A DNA stretch of 64,000 bases from an uncultured virus (IMG/VR IMGVR_UViG_3300022924_000206) (lineage: Duplodnaviria > Heunggongvirae > Uroviricota > Caudoviricetes): the IMG/VR virus record IMGVR_UViG_3300022924_000206, one strand, 5' to 3'. The position numbers and the translations under genes were made by a program. Below are positions 1-10,301 of the stretch, piece by piece. Every line of letters begins with the position of its first letter. Within the stretch, counting starts at the first letter, position 1. The notes under the pieces are model-generated. The model ran no database searches and was not told the DNA's origin. It saw only the letters and a list, made by a program, of their open reading frames with translations.

Positions 1-294
1 ATGCTTACTTATGAAGATGCCGTAAGAAAATGGGGAACTGGTAAGCTGAACGGCTATTCCAACCTCCGAGGAAAGTTCGATGAAACTTCGGTTTCGGTGA
101 ACTTTGTATTGGATGAAGGCTATGCCTGCTGCGGAGGTTCAGATCCAAACTGCTACTGTAGTTTCGCTGAATCACCTAGCATGAAAGCTTATGTTTCCTA
201 CAAGACACTCAAGGGACGAACTGAAAAGATCGTAATTTCTTACATCGACTTCGCAGAAACTTTGCGAGAGGTGTTAGAGGTTGAAACAGCTTGA
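1..294 (+). CDS. hypothetical protein
   Basis: 97-aa ORF, Cys-rich middle; start lies at window edge. Confidence 0.6.
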   Translation: MLTYEDAVRKWGTGKLNGYSNLRGKFDETSVSVNFVLDEGYACCGGSDPNCYCSFAESPSMKAYVSYKTLKGRTEKIVISYIDFAETLREVLEVETA

Positions 295-369
295 GTCGCC
301 CCTCCGGGGACACGCCGAAGAGCAATCGACGGATAGGGTCGATGGGCACCTGACATAAAAGCTCATCAT

Positions 370-444
370 GCGCCTGAATGCTACTTTGGTCTTGCAGCCA
401 TTCTTATAAAATGGTGATAAAGGGTTCAATTCCCTTCGGGCGTA
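370..444 (+). tRNA. tRNA-Ile(UAU)
   Basis: Acceptor GCGCCTG/CGGGCGT, anticodon arm CCATT-CTTATAA-AATGG, T loop GTTCAAT; atypical D arm. Confidence 0.7.
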
Positions 445-493
445 CGGTTCTTTTACGAGCTTCTTTGAAATCACCACGAGATAATTTCAAGGA

Positions 494-622
494 TTTTCAA
501 TGCTGAAACGGCAGACAGCCAGGTCGCTAGGTAGTCATGGATGCGAATGCAAAAATACCGAAAACCAGGGGCGGAAGACGCATAAATCTCCCGTATTGTG
601 GGTTCGAATCCCACTTGGAAAG
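494..622 (+). ncRNA. expanded tRNA-like RNA (Leu-type D arm, long central insert)
   Basis: TTTTCAA/TTGGAAA acceptor, GCTGAAACGGCAGACAGC D arm, GTGGGTTCGAATCCCAC T arm; no canonical anticodon arm. Confidence 0.5.
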
Positions 623-627
623 CACAT

Positions 628-700
628 GCAGTAGTAGCTCAGTTGGTAGAGCGGTACCTTGCCAAGGTACAGGTCGCGGGTTCGAGCCCCGTCTACTGCT
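628..700 (+). tRNA. tRNA-Gly(GCC)
   Basis: Canonical cloverleaf, loop TTGCCAA. Confidence 0.95.
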
Positions 701-802
701 CTAGGATAGGCGGTCAGTTGGCCGATACCATCGGGAAATATCCCCTCATAATAAACTGTGAGAAGTGACAATGCCCAGGTGTCGCAAACCCGTAATCCTT
801 TT

Positions 803-884
803 GGTGGGTTAATCCGTAGGGGTAGCGGGACTGGCTGTAAACCAGTTGTCATTGGCTCGGGGGGTTCGACTCCCTCACCCACCA
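803..884 (+). tRNA. tRNA-Tyr(GUA)
   Basis: Cloverleaf with long variable arm, loop CTGTAAA. Confidence 0.93.
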
Positions 885-980
885 CAAGCGAAGCATCGCT
901 GTTCCCTGGGACGGAATAAAAATGCTTGCGTTCATGGAGTGCTTCCCCGCTAGGGAAGGTCCCCACTCCATGGATAATAT

Positions 981-1053
981 GGCCCCATCGTATAGAGGCC
1001 TAGTACGTCGCCCTCTCACGGCGGTAACACGGGTTCGAATCCCGTTGGGGTCA
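981..1053 (+). tRNA. tRNA-Glu(CUC)
   Basis: Cloverleaf, loop CTCTCAC. Confidence 0.95.
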
Positions 1054-1364
1054 CTAGGAAATAGGCAAAAGCTGAGGTTCGAATCCTCATTGGTGCACAT
1101 GCCCTCGGCAGAGGGTTCGGGGAGTCGAGAGCCCGGATATTTCCTTTGAATTCTTCAAATTGACCATGCAAATTTGAAGTGTATGTGAAGCATGGCGGAA
1201 CCCTACCGGAGACAAAAGCAAGGGTTGAGGCTTCGGCCAATAGACTAGCGGCTTCCAGGTACCAACCTCTTCAAAGGTGGATGCTGCACTATGTTCTTAC
1301 GATTGAAGCGAGTAGGAATCTCCTGACCCGGGAGGCGAGAAGGCTGCGAATAGTGCCAGGGTAT

Positions 1365-1438
1365 CGGGATATGGCGCAGCTTGGTAGCGCGCTTGACTGG
1401 GGGTCAAGAGGTCGCAAGTTCAAATCTTGTTATCCCGA
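1365..1438 (+). tRNA. tRNA-Pro(GGG)
   Basis: Cloverleaf, loop CTGGGGG. Confidence 0.95.
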
Positions 1439-1448
1439 CGAAAATCAT

Positions 1449-1537
1449 GGGGGTATGCATTAGCAGCCGGCAGAGGTGTTACGAGCCTCATTCGATGAGC
1501 AATCATTGTTTGGTGAAAGTCCTGTCTGCCTCCACCA
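1449..1537 (+). ncRNA. CCA-terminated acceptor-stem RNA without canonical arms
   Basis: GGGGGTA pairs with TGCCTCC, followed by ACCA directly abutting tRNA-Trp. Confidence 0.4.
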
Positions 1538-1611
1538 AGGGGTGTAGCTCAGTTGGCCAGAGTGGCGGTCTCCAAAACCGTAGGTCGCAGGTTCGAATCC
1601 TGTCACCCCTG
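1538..1611 (+). tRNA. tRNA-Trp(CCA)
   Basis: Cloverleaf, loop CTCCAAA. Confidence 0.95.
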
Positions 1612-1749
1612 CAATGAAGAGTCACCTAAGGACTTACGCAAATCTGGACCGACCGTGACGTTGCAACCTCTTCAGAAGCCCTAACCTCTCATGTCTTCCG
1701 TGGATATGTGAGCGACCCAGATGATCGCCGCATGATTGTTAGGCAATAA

Positions 1750-1822
1750 GCGCCTGTAGCTCAATGGATAGAGCACTTGACTACGGATCAAGAGGTTGGG
1801 GGTTCGAGTCCCTTCAGGCGCA
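1750..1822 (+). tRNA. tRNA-Arg(ACG)
   Basis: Cloverleaf, loop CTACGGA. Confidence 0.95.
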
Positions 1823-1986
1823 CAAGCATTAGTGAAACATGGAATCACACCCTTGTAGAGATTGTGGAGTACTACTCAATCTAGTAACCGGCAGAGTCGA
1901 GACCTGTCGCGTGGGAGTCGGGAGGATCGAGCCTCTCATGTGGACATTTGGGTAAATGATGCCCTGCTAAAGCTAAAGATCATTAC

Positions 1987-2085
1987 GTCGAGTTAGTTTA
2001 CAATGGGAACGCCGTGCGGCTAAAAACCGCGAAGCAAAACACTGGAAACAAGCTGGTGAGTGAGGTTCGAATCCTCAACTCGGCA
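1987..2085 (+). tRNA. atypical tRNA, anticodon AAA, long variable region
   Basis: GTCGAGT/ACTCGGC acceptor, TGCGG-CTAAAAA-CCGCG arm, T arm TGAGGTTCGAATCCTCA. Confidence 0.5.
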
Positions 2086-2361
2086 CAGGGGAGAAGATGT
2101 GGATCTTGTACCGGCGTCCACACCCGGTACTCTTCGAGCACACCGTGAAGAAAATGCTGAAAAACTGATCATTTAGTAGGCATTGCTTCGCAAGGAGCTC
2201 ACCGAAGACTGCCCCTGCCAATTCAAAACTTATCGAGAGCTGTGCACTCGCTTTCGATTACTAGATACCTTAGAGAAGTTATTCGGTTGCCGCCGAATAG
2301 TCAGGAACTAAGCGTTTTAGCGAAGTCGTTATCTTCGGGTAAATACAGCCGGCAAGCTGTA

Positions 2362-2431
2362 GTTCTCATGGTAGTAATGGCAGCTGCACATCCGTCAAGG
2401 GTGAGGTGAGGTTCGAATCCTCTGAGAAACA
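2362..2431 (+). ncRNA. tRNA-like RNA with 5-nt loop centred on UCA
   Basis: CATCC-GTCAA-GGGTG arm, T arm GAGGTTCGAATCCTC, bulged acceptor stem. Confidence 0.45.
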
Positions 2432-2537
2432 CAATTTATGAAGACCGGGCTGTCGCTATAGAGACGAGCCGGAGCCCATGAAAATATGGAGAAATCCCCC
2501 GTACAGTCGGGCGTGGCGTGCAACGAAAAAGTCCCAA

Positions 2538-2612
2538 TGGGGTATGGTGTAATTGGCAACACGGAGGTTTCTGGTACCTTTGTTCTTGGTTCGAGTCCAG
2601 GTACCCCAGCCA
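2538..2612 (+). tRNA. tRNA-Gln(CUG)
   Basis: Cloverleaf, loop TTCTGGT, CCA encoded. Confidence 0.95.
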
Positions 2613-2718
2613 TACCGTTCTAAGGTTCTGGCTCGCAGTCTAATCGAGTTTTACAATCGTCTCACGCGATTGTTCACACTCATTTGACAGCCCTTCAGAT
2701 CGCCTCAGAGCGCTATAT

Positions 2719-2800
2719 GGATAGTAAGCGAATGGTTAGCAGGCTCCCTGGAAAGGAGTTGCCGCGAAAGCGGTTGCGGGTTCGAGTCCCGTGCTATCCG
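2719..2800 (+). tRNA. tRNA-Ser(GGA)
   Basis: Loop CTGGAAA, long variable arm, G73. Confidence 0.93.
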
Positions 2801-2864
2801 CTCTTTTTGTGTTGTTAGAGAACTTTATTGATAAAAGTTATCAATAACAACGAATGGAGCAAAA

Positions 2865-3167
2865 ATGACAAACATTTTACACACGCTTGTGGGGTTAGCT
2901 CAGGATGACCATGACCACTCTCACGAGCATGTAGAAAACGTTTGGGTAGATGCTTGGTCAATCTTCACGGATCCCGGCCACTTTATCGCGGAAGTTTGGT
3001 TCACCTTAGTCATTGACTTCATCGTCATTTTCTTGGGCTACCAGATCATCGTGAAAAAGTTCGTGATTCCTCGTCTAAAGAAGCAGCTTCACCAGGAGCT
3101 CGATGCTGAACTAGGCGTAAAGCACGAAGAGGGCGACGAGCACCCCGAGACAAAAACGGTTTCATAA
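2865..3167 (+). CDS. His-rich single-pass membrane protein
   Basis: GGAG RBS, hydrophobic segment, HDHSHEH tract. Confidence 0.75.
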   Translation: MTNILHTLVGLAQDDHDHSHEHVENVWVDAWSIFTDPGHFIAEVWFTLVIDFIVIFLGYQIIVKKFVIPRLKKQLHQELDAELGVKHEEGDEHPETKTVS

Positions 3168-3306
3168 ACTCCTGAAATCCGTCCTCAAAATCCCGCAAAT
3201 GATTGTGCAATCACGAGCGGCGGTTCCACATGAAACCGAAAATCGGCACTACTCAAGATTGAATGCACTAGATCTAGGGTGAGGCGGATCAGGCCGATTC
3301 ATGTAT

Positions 3307-3380
3307 GATTCTGTAGCTCAGTTTGGTGGAGCGCCGTGGATTGCCTGCGGAGGACATAGGTTCAAATCCTATTGGAATCA
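3307..3380 (+). tRNA. atypical tRNA-like RNA (loop GATTGCC, centre UUG)
   Basis: Normal acceptor, D and T arms; anticodon loop lacks U33/R37. Confidence 0.55.
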
Positions 3381-3445
3381 CTTACCCCTATCCGCTGTTT
3401 GCCACCGCTTTTCGAGGCAAGGGTATTTCATGGTAGGGGGTTCTT

Positions 3446-3518
3446 GGCTCTGTAGCTCAGTTGGTAGAGCGCTCGTCTGAAGAATGAGAGGTCACCGGAT
3501 CAACGCCGGTCGGAGCCA
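3446..3518 (+). tRNA. tRNA-Phe(GAA)
   Basis: Cloverleaf, loop CTGAAGA; T loop variant ATCAACG. Confidence 0.9.
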
Positions 3519-3702
3519 CGAGTAGCGCAAGCTACTGTGAGGGTAGTATGCAGCATCCCCTAGACCATAACCGAAGCGCGGGTAGCGTCGAAGGCAGCCG
3601 TTGAATGTACTAGAAAGAGCTTGGTACATCATTCGAAGACACGTAAGATCTTCACTCGGGTACTTCAGGTTAGCTTCGGCTATGATCCTGAAGTACCCAC
3701 CA

Positions 3703-3775
3703 GGGCCTTTAGCTCAATTGGTAGAGCACTTGTCTGGCAGACAAGAGGTTACGGGTTCAAGTCCCGTAAGGTCCA
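3703..3775 (+). tRNA. tRNA-Ala(GGC)
   Basis: Cloverleaf, G3:U70, loop CTGGCAG. Confidence 0.95.
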
Positions 3776-3946
3776 CGGGCTATCTAGTCGAAGATGGCTG
3801 CTAAAGGACTATAGTGTCCTGAACCTAAATCTTCGAGGATGAGAGGTAATCAGCACCTTCGGGTGAAGTTTGTGACGAGTCGACGCGCTGCAAACATCTG
3901 GGAACATGGTTGGATAGCACGCTCGTGAGGGAAAGCGAGCAAAAAT

Positions 3947-4033
3947 GGAATCGTGACCGAGAGGCCGATGGTGTCACCCTGCTAAGGTGATGTAGGTGAA
4001 AGCCTACCGTGGGTTCGAATCCCACCGATTCCG
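3947..4033 (+). tRNA. tRNA-Ser(GCU)
   Basis: Loop CTGCTAA, long variable arm. Confidence 0.95.
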
Positions 4034-4066
4034 CCTTATATATTCCATCTAAATTAAACAGAAGAG

Positions 4067-4360
4067 GTGAACAAGATGAATATTTCATATGACGCCGAGG
4101 CACAGGCTGCTTATCTTTCCTTAGCAGAAGAAGCTACGGTCAGTAGAACCATCGAAGTTACATCTTCGGTTCTTCTCGATGTGGATTCAAACATGAATCC
4201 GCTAGGGTTGGAACTATTATTTCCAGCACGCCAACTTCCTCTCAATGAACTCCAACGCTATGTGAAACCGGAGGACATGAAGAAATTCCGAGAGCTTTGG
4301 AATCAGCTCCGTTCGGTACTCAACAAAGTTGAAGACATGAGAAGAACTGCTAACAAGTAA
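4067..4360 (+). CDS. DUF2283-like protein
   Basis: ISYDAEAQAAYL...VLLDVDSNMNPLGLEL pattern resembles DUF2283. Confidence 0.65.
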   Translation: MNKMNISYDAEAQAAYLSLAEEATVSRTIEVTSSVLLDVDSNMNPLGLELLFPARQLPLNELQRYVKPEDMKKFRELWNQLRSVLNKVEDMRRTANK

Positions 4361-4640
4361 GTAGGTAAATCCCATGAAAGAAAGAAAACATTGTTCTCTT
4401 TGTAAAAGAAGAAAAATAGGACTTTGGATTCTCACTACGGATTGTCGCAATTGCCGAGCTCAGTGGAGAGCTTTCTACGCAGGTAGAACCCAAGTTTCTC
4501 CACTCATGCGAGCTATAACGGCAGAGCAGATAGAGAATTTCTCGATAAAAAGAGATAAATAAGCAACTGATTTTGAATCTCTTATGACATTCGATTTCGG
4601 GACTTCTCAATTACAGGTCCGTCCAGTTGAGAGGTCATTT

Positions 4641-4712
4641 CCCTTCGTAGCTCAATGGAAGAGCAGTTCCGTCCTAAGGAAACGGTTGGGGGTTCGAGTC
4701 CCTCCGAGGGGA
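4641..4712 (+). tRNA. tRNA-Arg(CCU)
   Basis: Cloverleaf, loop GTCCTAA. Confidence 0.9.
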
Positions 4713-4974
4713 CTGGCATGCCGAGGTGATGGACAAATCACCTGGCCAGCTGTACACTGGTCGCCTTGATAGAGGCTGACAAAGCAAAGAGATCAAAACT
4801 AGTTAACGATTTCTGAGCAGTATGCCAACCATTTACAAGACGTGGCTTCGAGTGTGAGCCCCAGAATCCAGTGCGGGAGATCTCGGAGATGTCTCCATAA
4901 GTGAAAACAGCGACTTCATACTGAACCAGCCGAATAATCGAAAGATGAAAACGACTGCCTGGAAACACTCATTT

Positions 4975-5058
4975 GGAAGATAAACTAGTTGGCTAAGTGG
5001 GCTCCCTGCTAAGGAGTTGCCGGTAAAACGGCCGCGAGTTCGAATCTCGTGTCTTCCG
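4975..5058 (+). tRNA. tRNA-Ser(GCU), second copy
   Basis: Loop CTGCTAA, long variable arm. Confidence 0.88.
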
Positions 5059-5078
5059 CTTCATTTTTACAAACACTT

Positions 5079-5151
5079 CGCGGTGTAGCTCAGTTGGTAG
5101 AGCAACGGACTCATAAACCGTAGGTCGACAGTTCAATCCTGTCCATCGCGA
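5079..5151 (+). tRNA. tRNA-Met/Ile2(CAU)
   Basis: Cloverleaf, loop CTCATAA, paired 1-72. Confidence 0.9.
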
Positions 5152-5242
5152 CTGTCTTCAGCGTGGCATTATCATAGCCAACTCCCCCAGGACGGAAACG
5201 TAGCAAGGGTAACTGTGCTCTAGTGGGTGCGCTGAAGGCTTT

Positions 5243-5325
5243 GCCGAAATGGCGGAATGGCAGACGCGCTGGCCTCAGAAGTCAGTGTCCTCAAGGACGT
5301 GTGGGTTCAAGTCCCATTTTCGGCA
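5243..5325 (+). tRNA. tRNA-Leu(CAG)
   Basis: Leu D arm, loop CTCAGAA, long variable arm. Confidence 0.95.
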
Positions 5326-5484
5326 CCGAGTCATAAAGTACATAAAAACAATCTTTACAACGAGAAACACGGCTAAAGGTTACATTTTCATACTTTATAG
5401 ACAACCAATCTAAAAGCTGATATTCCATCCAGTAATTTGAAAAAATGTCCTCAAAGCTGAGGAACAACAGCTTTAGGAAAAACT

Positions 5485-6165
5485 ATGAAAATGCATGTTT
5501 ATGGAGACGGCGAAAAAGTCGCTGTGTTACTTCATGGCATGGGCTCATCATCGAGTAGCTGGTCAAAGCTAATAGATGATTTAGTACTTCATGGTTACCA
5601 AGTCTACGCTCCGGATATGCCAGGTCATGGCTTGGCTGAACGCGATAAGACACTTTACAATCTTCTCAAATGGGAAGAGCTTTTACTGGCTCATATACCT
5701 CAAGCTGATCTTCTAATTGGTCACTCCATGGGTGGCTTATTAGCAGTAAGGGTTCGTTCTCTTTTGAAACCGAGTCGAACGGTTCTTATTGATCCTGTTT
5801 TGAGATTTCCTACCGGATTCTTGAAGCCCATCGTACAATTTTTCTTTTCGGGAGTAATGAAGTTAGATCTATTCTCAAAGAATGAGATAGCTAGATTGAA
5901 TCAGAAAAATTGGGATCCTTATTCCGTTAGAATGATCGAATCACCTAAGGGTTTAGTCGCTTTAGATTCGAGTGTCTTGGTCGTAAGACCTAGCAATAGT
6001 TTTGTGGCTCCTCTTTCAAGATTGAAGATAGCTCACGGAGTAAATATTTTGACTTTCAAAAGAGCTGATCACAATCTTCACATGGGTAAGTTCTACGAAC
6101 AGTTCTTCGCGGCGCTAAAAGATTTTGCTATTCTCGAAAATAATTTGGTTAAATCACCCAGCTAA
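5485..6165 (+). CDS. alpha/beta hydrolase
   Basis: LLHG, DMPGHG, GHSMGG nucleophile elbow, C-terminal His. Confidence 0.9.
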   Translation: MKMHVYGDGEKVAVLLHGMGSSSSSWSKLIDDLVLHGYQVYAPDMPGHGLAERDKTLYNLLKWEELLLAHIPQADLLIGHSMGGLLAVRVRSLLKPSRTVLIDPVLRFPTGFLKPIVQFFFSGVMKLDLFSKNEIARLNQKNWDPYSVRMIESPKGLVALDSSVLVVRPSNSFVAPLSRLKIAHGVNILTFKRADHNLHMGKFYEQFFAALKDFAILENNLVKSPS

Positions 6166-6495
6166 GTTGTACTGCCAGGTCACTTGTGATATGGTAGTCT
6201 TATCGCCGAAACGCGATACTAATTTCACAAGAAGTCCGGGTAGGCATCCCGGGGAAGCAGATCCTACCGCAATCAGTCGGTGCCATAGATCGGAAGTAAC
6301 TGTGTCTCTCACACTCGCAAGAATGTTGATCGCCGTGAGGCGTACTGTTGTGGGGCGCCGCTCATGCGGAATACAAGTAATTTTTTAGAGCACTACCTTT
6401 ATTCGTCCGATTGATTGAAAGATCGAGGAGACGGTGGGGTCGTGGGACGGTGAAACGTGCTCTAGATTAGCCCTGACCCACTGGGCTTTTCATTC

Positions 6496-6566
6496 GGGGA
6501 TGTAGCTTAGTGGTAAAGCCTTAGTCTTCCAAACTAATGATGCGGGTTCGATTCCCGTCATCCCCT
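6496..6566 (+). tRNA. tRNA-Gly(UCC)
   Basis: Cloverleaf, loop CTTCCAA. Confidence 0.95.
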
Positions 6567-6803
6567 CGATAACACTCATCGGCAGCTTAGCGGTTGCAAA
6601 GACCCCTGTTTCCGGGGAAGTAGATGAGTTACTCTAAGAGCGGAATGGATTCCGATTCAGGCGAAGTGAGCGCTCACCTCTCCCTGCGCCGCTCTGGGGA
6701 ACAAACTTCGCAGTAAAATGTGAAAGCTTACAGGATAACTCCACAATCCGGCCTGTGAGTGAGATTAGGACAGTCGGTGGTATTTGTCCGTGAATCTCAA
6801 CCT

Positions 6804-6875
6804 GCCTTCGTAGCTCAGCGGAAGAGCAACCGGTTTCTACCCGGTTGGCCGGGGGTTCGAATCCCTCCGGGGGCA
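6804..6875 (+). tRNA. tRNA-Arg(UCU)
   Basis: Cloverleaf, loop TTTCTAC. Confidence 0.93.
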
Positions 6876-7278
6876 CTAGATCCTTTAGGGGTAACCTCCC
6901 TTTATGTAAATCCGTTCGCGGATGACGTACATAGGTTTGTGTGGATCTTTCAACAGCGAAATCAGCCGCTATCCTACCACCTGTGTGGGGTTTGGTCCCG
7001 CCAGGCAAACTGGACGCTTGGGGAATATGCTGGTTTCGGGAATGTGAACTTCCCGTAAGGACTGCCGTCTCCGGACGCTACGTAGTCGTTCACAGCTGGC
7101 AACTCTAGAGTTCATGAGCTCGAAAAGTTGGTCGCTCGCTCTGTGGTGTAAGCAAAGTATCCCTCTCATAAAGGCTACTAAGTAACACACGGATTTTTAC
7201 TCCGAGTAGCAAACGTTAGGCTGTTTGTAAGGGGGCGAGAATGGCGGTGAGGCTGAAGTCCTCATGCGCCCAGCACAT

Positions 7279-7360
7279 GGCCTTGTGGCGGAATTGGCAG
7301 ACGCGCTTGACTCAAAATCAAGTTTCTTCGGGAGTGTGGGTTCGAGTCCCACCAGGGCTA
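7279..7360 (+). tRNA. tRNA-Leu(CAA)
   Basis: Leu D arm, loop CTCAAAA. Confidence 0.95.
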
Positions 7361-7539
7361 CGCATAATAATTGAATACGGCATAAACAATCAATCGGTTT
7401 CGCGCGGAACCTTTTGAGGAATGATGCTAGAAGCTCTTATAAGCACCGCAGCGCGTTATGGCGGCGGTGAGGTACACGGTGACTGAAAAAGTGGCGGTTC
7501 GATTCCGGCCTACGAAAGGGTTGATGAAAATTGATCTTG

Positions 7540-7610
7540 TTATCTATAGCTTAAATGGAAAAGCTGCGGTCGACAACCCGTGAACGTCGGTTCGATTCCG
7601 GCTAGGTAAA
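7540..7610 (+). tRNA. atypical tRNA-like RNA (8-nt loop TCGACAAC)
   Basis: TTATCTA/TAGGTAA acceptor, D and T arms present. Confidence 0.45.
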
Positions 7611-7751
7611 CTACCCAAGTAAACCATGGCGGTGAGTTCTCTCCTCGGAGGCGATTCTAGTGAAGTACCGATGCTAACCATGGGCGGGATGCAATTGACC
7701 GTAGAGCTTCGGCTCTCGACTCCCTCGGGCAGGCTTAAAAACTTCACACAT

Positions 7752-7824
7752 TCCTCTATAGCTCAATTGGCAGAGCAACGAGCTGTTAACTCGTAGGTTC
7801 CTGGTTCGAGTCCAGGTGGGGGAG
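7752..7824 (+). tRNA. tRNA-Asn(GUU)
   Basis: Cloverleaf, loop CTGTTAA. Confidence 0.95.
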
Positions 7825-7908
7825 CTTTGCGGCTCTCATGCTTCAAATAATATACGCTTTATAGTTTTCTCCAGTTGACTCCTGATTGATGATAAAGGAG
7901 AAAACAAA

Positions 7909-8208
7909 ATGAAGAATGTATATGACAACCCAAGCGACTTCGGTCTTTCAATCCTCGGCGCCGTCGAGTTGGAAGCTCCCGAGTGGTCGTTCTACACTCT
8001 CTGCGTGTGGAAGAACGAAAGCGGTTACTATCTGGGAACAGATAGTGGCTGTTCTTGTCCTTCGCCGTTCGAGAACTATGACGGTATTGATGATCTCACA
8101 GGGCCTCTAAGCGCTGCTGATGCCATCGAGGAGGCAACTTCTCTTTGGACTCATGCTGGCTCTTACGAGCCCGAGGATTTCCGTGCTCTCATGGACAACA
8201 TCTCCTAG
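7909..8208 (+). CDS. hypothetical phage protein
   Basis: AAGGAG RBS; DSGCSCPSPFE motif. Confidence 0.8.
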   Translation: MKNVYDNPSDFGLSILGAVELEAPEWSFYTLCVWKNESGYYLGTDSGCSCPSPFENYDGIDDLTGPLSAADAIEEATSLWTHAGSYEPEDFRALMDNIS

Positions 8209-8238
8209 GAGATGGATCGGTTCGCCGATCACCTTTTC

Positions 8239-8311
8239 GCCTCTGTAGCTCAGTCGGTAGAGCAACCGCCTCTTAAGCGGTGGGTCCTCGGTTCAAGTCC
8301 GAGTGGGGGCA
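8239..8311 (+). tRNA. tRNA-Lys(CUU)
   Basis: Cloverleaf, loop CTCTTAA. Confidence 0.95.
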
Positions 8312-8437
8312 CGCGATTAATTCAGAATAGAGTTTCTGAAATTTAGCATGGTTGGTCTGTAAACGAATCATGCTCGCTATGCCTCAAGTAAAGGTACCTT
8401 TGATTACAGTCGAGGGTTGGGGAAGGAAGCCTTGCAT

Positions 8438-8513
8438 GCCTCGTTAGCTCAGTTGGTTGGAGCAGCCTCCGTACGCGGAAGGATGGGCCTCGGTTCGAGT
8501 CCGAGACGACGCA
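8438..8513 (+). ncRNA. tRNA-like RNA, anticodon arm capped by TACG tetraloop
   Basis: D and T arms intact; TCCG-TACG-CGGA replaces anticodon loop. Confidence 0.5.
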
Positions 8514-8519
8514 CTTAGT

Positions 8520-8601
8520 AGTAATGTTCAGTGGTGTAAAGGTTAAGCACAGCGAATATACAAAAAGCGGTCGGGGTTCGATTTCCCCGCGAAACGTTAC
8601 T
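8520..8601 (+). ncRNA. tRNA-like RNA lacking an anticodon stem
   Basis: Long terminal stem AGTAATGTT/AACGTTACT, D-like and T-like arms, unpaired A-rich linker. Confidence 0.4.
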
Positions 8602-8648
8602 CAAAACTATTCAACTCATGTTGAATGAAATTGACTCAGGTCAATTAC

Positions 8649-8721
8649 GCCTCTATAGCTCAGTTGGTAGAGCATCGGACTTTTAATCCGCGGGTCCTCG
8701 GTTCGAGTCCGAGTGGGGGTA
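8649..8721 (+). tRNA. tRNA-Lys(UUU)
   Basis: Cloverleaf, loop CTTTTAA. Confidence 0.95.
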
Positions 8722-9337
8722 CAGTCTCAATCCCAGTGAGTCAAAGATGGTCGTTCGAACGAAGAGGTGCTGGGAGTTCTCCTCGCCGCGGCCATACCAA
8801 ATTTTCAAAAGTTTGATGGAAATCTTAGGTAGCTCCTAAGATGGATATCTGAGTAAGGCACCGACGTTTACAGGCGCCTCCTAGATGGTGTACGGTAAAA
8901 AACCATCTCTCAACTAGGGTCAGAGGCCCGGAAGCACGAAGAGGTAGCCCTCCAAGTGAAGCAAACCGGTGGCCGTAGCGGAAAGAGTTGCATTTTTGGC
9001 GAAGCGGTAAAAGCCCGTGTAGGAGAGCTTCTGGCTCTCGCAAGAATTGTGCTTCTCCAAGATTTAAGGGCGTTTCTCGATTGCACCGCGTTCCGGGCGA
9101 AATCGAACATTCCGGGGAATGGCTACTGTGATGGCATCAGTAGCGTTGGTAGGCCACTAACGAATCGAAAATTCCCGTGGGTTCAAATCCCACTCCCGGA
9201 GCGAGAGGTTGTGACCGTTCGAATCGGTTAGGCTCCGGATGCTTACGGTTCGACTCCGCCTTGAATTTGGTTGGCAAAGGGTAGGACGGGCCTGTCCTCA
9301 ACTTCGTGCTTCCTTCAGTAAAATGAAGGTTTATATC

Positions 9338-9409
9338 TCGACACTAGCTCATTGGTAGAGTGCCTGATCTCGCTTCAGGAAGTACTTGGTTCGATTCCAG
9401 GGTGCCGAA
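9338..9409 (+). tRNA. atypical tRNA-like RNA (loop TCTCGCT)
   Basis: Cloverleaf geometry, non-canonical anticodon loop. Confidence 0.55.
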
Positions 9410-9426
9410 CACATATTGAAAAATAT

Positions 9427-9498
9427 GCCTTTGTAGCTCAATGGAAGAGCGGCTGCCTTCGAAGCAGTAGGTTGGGGGTTCGAGTCCCTTCGGGGGCA
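9427..9498 (+). tRNA. tRNA-Arg(UCG)
   Basis: Cloverleaf, loop CTTCGAA. Confidence 0.93.
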
Positions 9499-9729
9499 CG
9501 TTGTAAGGCCGTGGGTAACTCGCAAGTTTATACTTGACAGTGAGACGTTATGCGCCAGATGTCATGTGACTGCCTGGGGCTCCTTACGATAACGGGCTAT
9601 GGTGTAATAGAGCACACTCGTCGTTGGTGGCGAGAGGAGGAGATGCGAGCGCTGCTGACCCGACTTTAGAAAATATCTAAATTGCACATTTAGCCAAAAA
9701 TGTGTTAGCATTACTACATAACAAAATAT

Positions 9730-9811
9730 GGCCTTGTGGCGGAATTGGCAGACGCGCTTGACTTAAAATCAAGTTTCTTCGGGAGTGTGGGTTCGAGTCC
9801 CACCGGGGCTA
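9730..9811 (+). tRNA. tRNA-Leu(UAA)
   Basis: Loop CTTAAAA; near-identical to Leu(CAA) at 7279. Confidence 0.95.
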
Positions 9812-10119
9812 CGCATGATTGGGTATCGGAACTGATCGTGTTATTGATGCCGGGAACAAATTATCCCGGGTTCCAGTAATTGAAAACCGAGAACCTGTGG
9901 AGAACAGCCACCAGGTGGAACATCCATTCGGATGCTGGAAACTGTTAGAAGCAGACAACGCCAGTGCTCCTAGAGTAATCGCTAGGTCAGTAGGATCGTG
10001 ACCCTACCACTGGCACCAACGACAGCGAAGATAGAAGTTGGATAAGATCGCTGTTGGAGTGAAGCAATTAGATGACTAGGTTAGTCCAATTCCCGATGTC
10101 TCTCAATCTTCGCTCATTT

Positions 10120-10192
10120 GCCCCCTTAGCTCAGTGGCCAGAGCAACGCTCTTGTAAAGCGTAGGTCGTCGGTTCGACTCCGACAGGGGGCT
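10120..10192 (+). tRNA. tRNA-Thr(UGU)
   Basis: Cloverleaf, loop CTTGTAA. Confidence 0.95.
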
Positions 10193-10283
10193 CACGGAGT
10201 AGAGAAGTTAGGCATCTCGCTGGGCTCATAACCCAGAGGCTTTCATACGCGCATAAAAGGTTCAAATCCTGCCTCCGTTTCCA
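10193..10283 (+). tRNA. initiator-like tRNA-Met(CAU) with extra bases before/in T stem
   Basis: Unpaired C1, CTGGG-CTCATAA-CCCAG arm, CCA encoded. Confidence 0.7.
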
Positions 10284-10301
10284 CTTAACCCACCTAAATA
10301 T

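Noticed and set aside
2362..2431. Selenocysteine tRNA
   Set aside because: UCA sits in a 5-nt loop, with no long variable arm or extended acceptor stem
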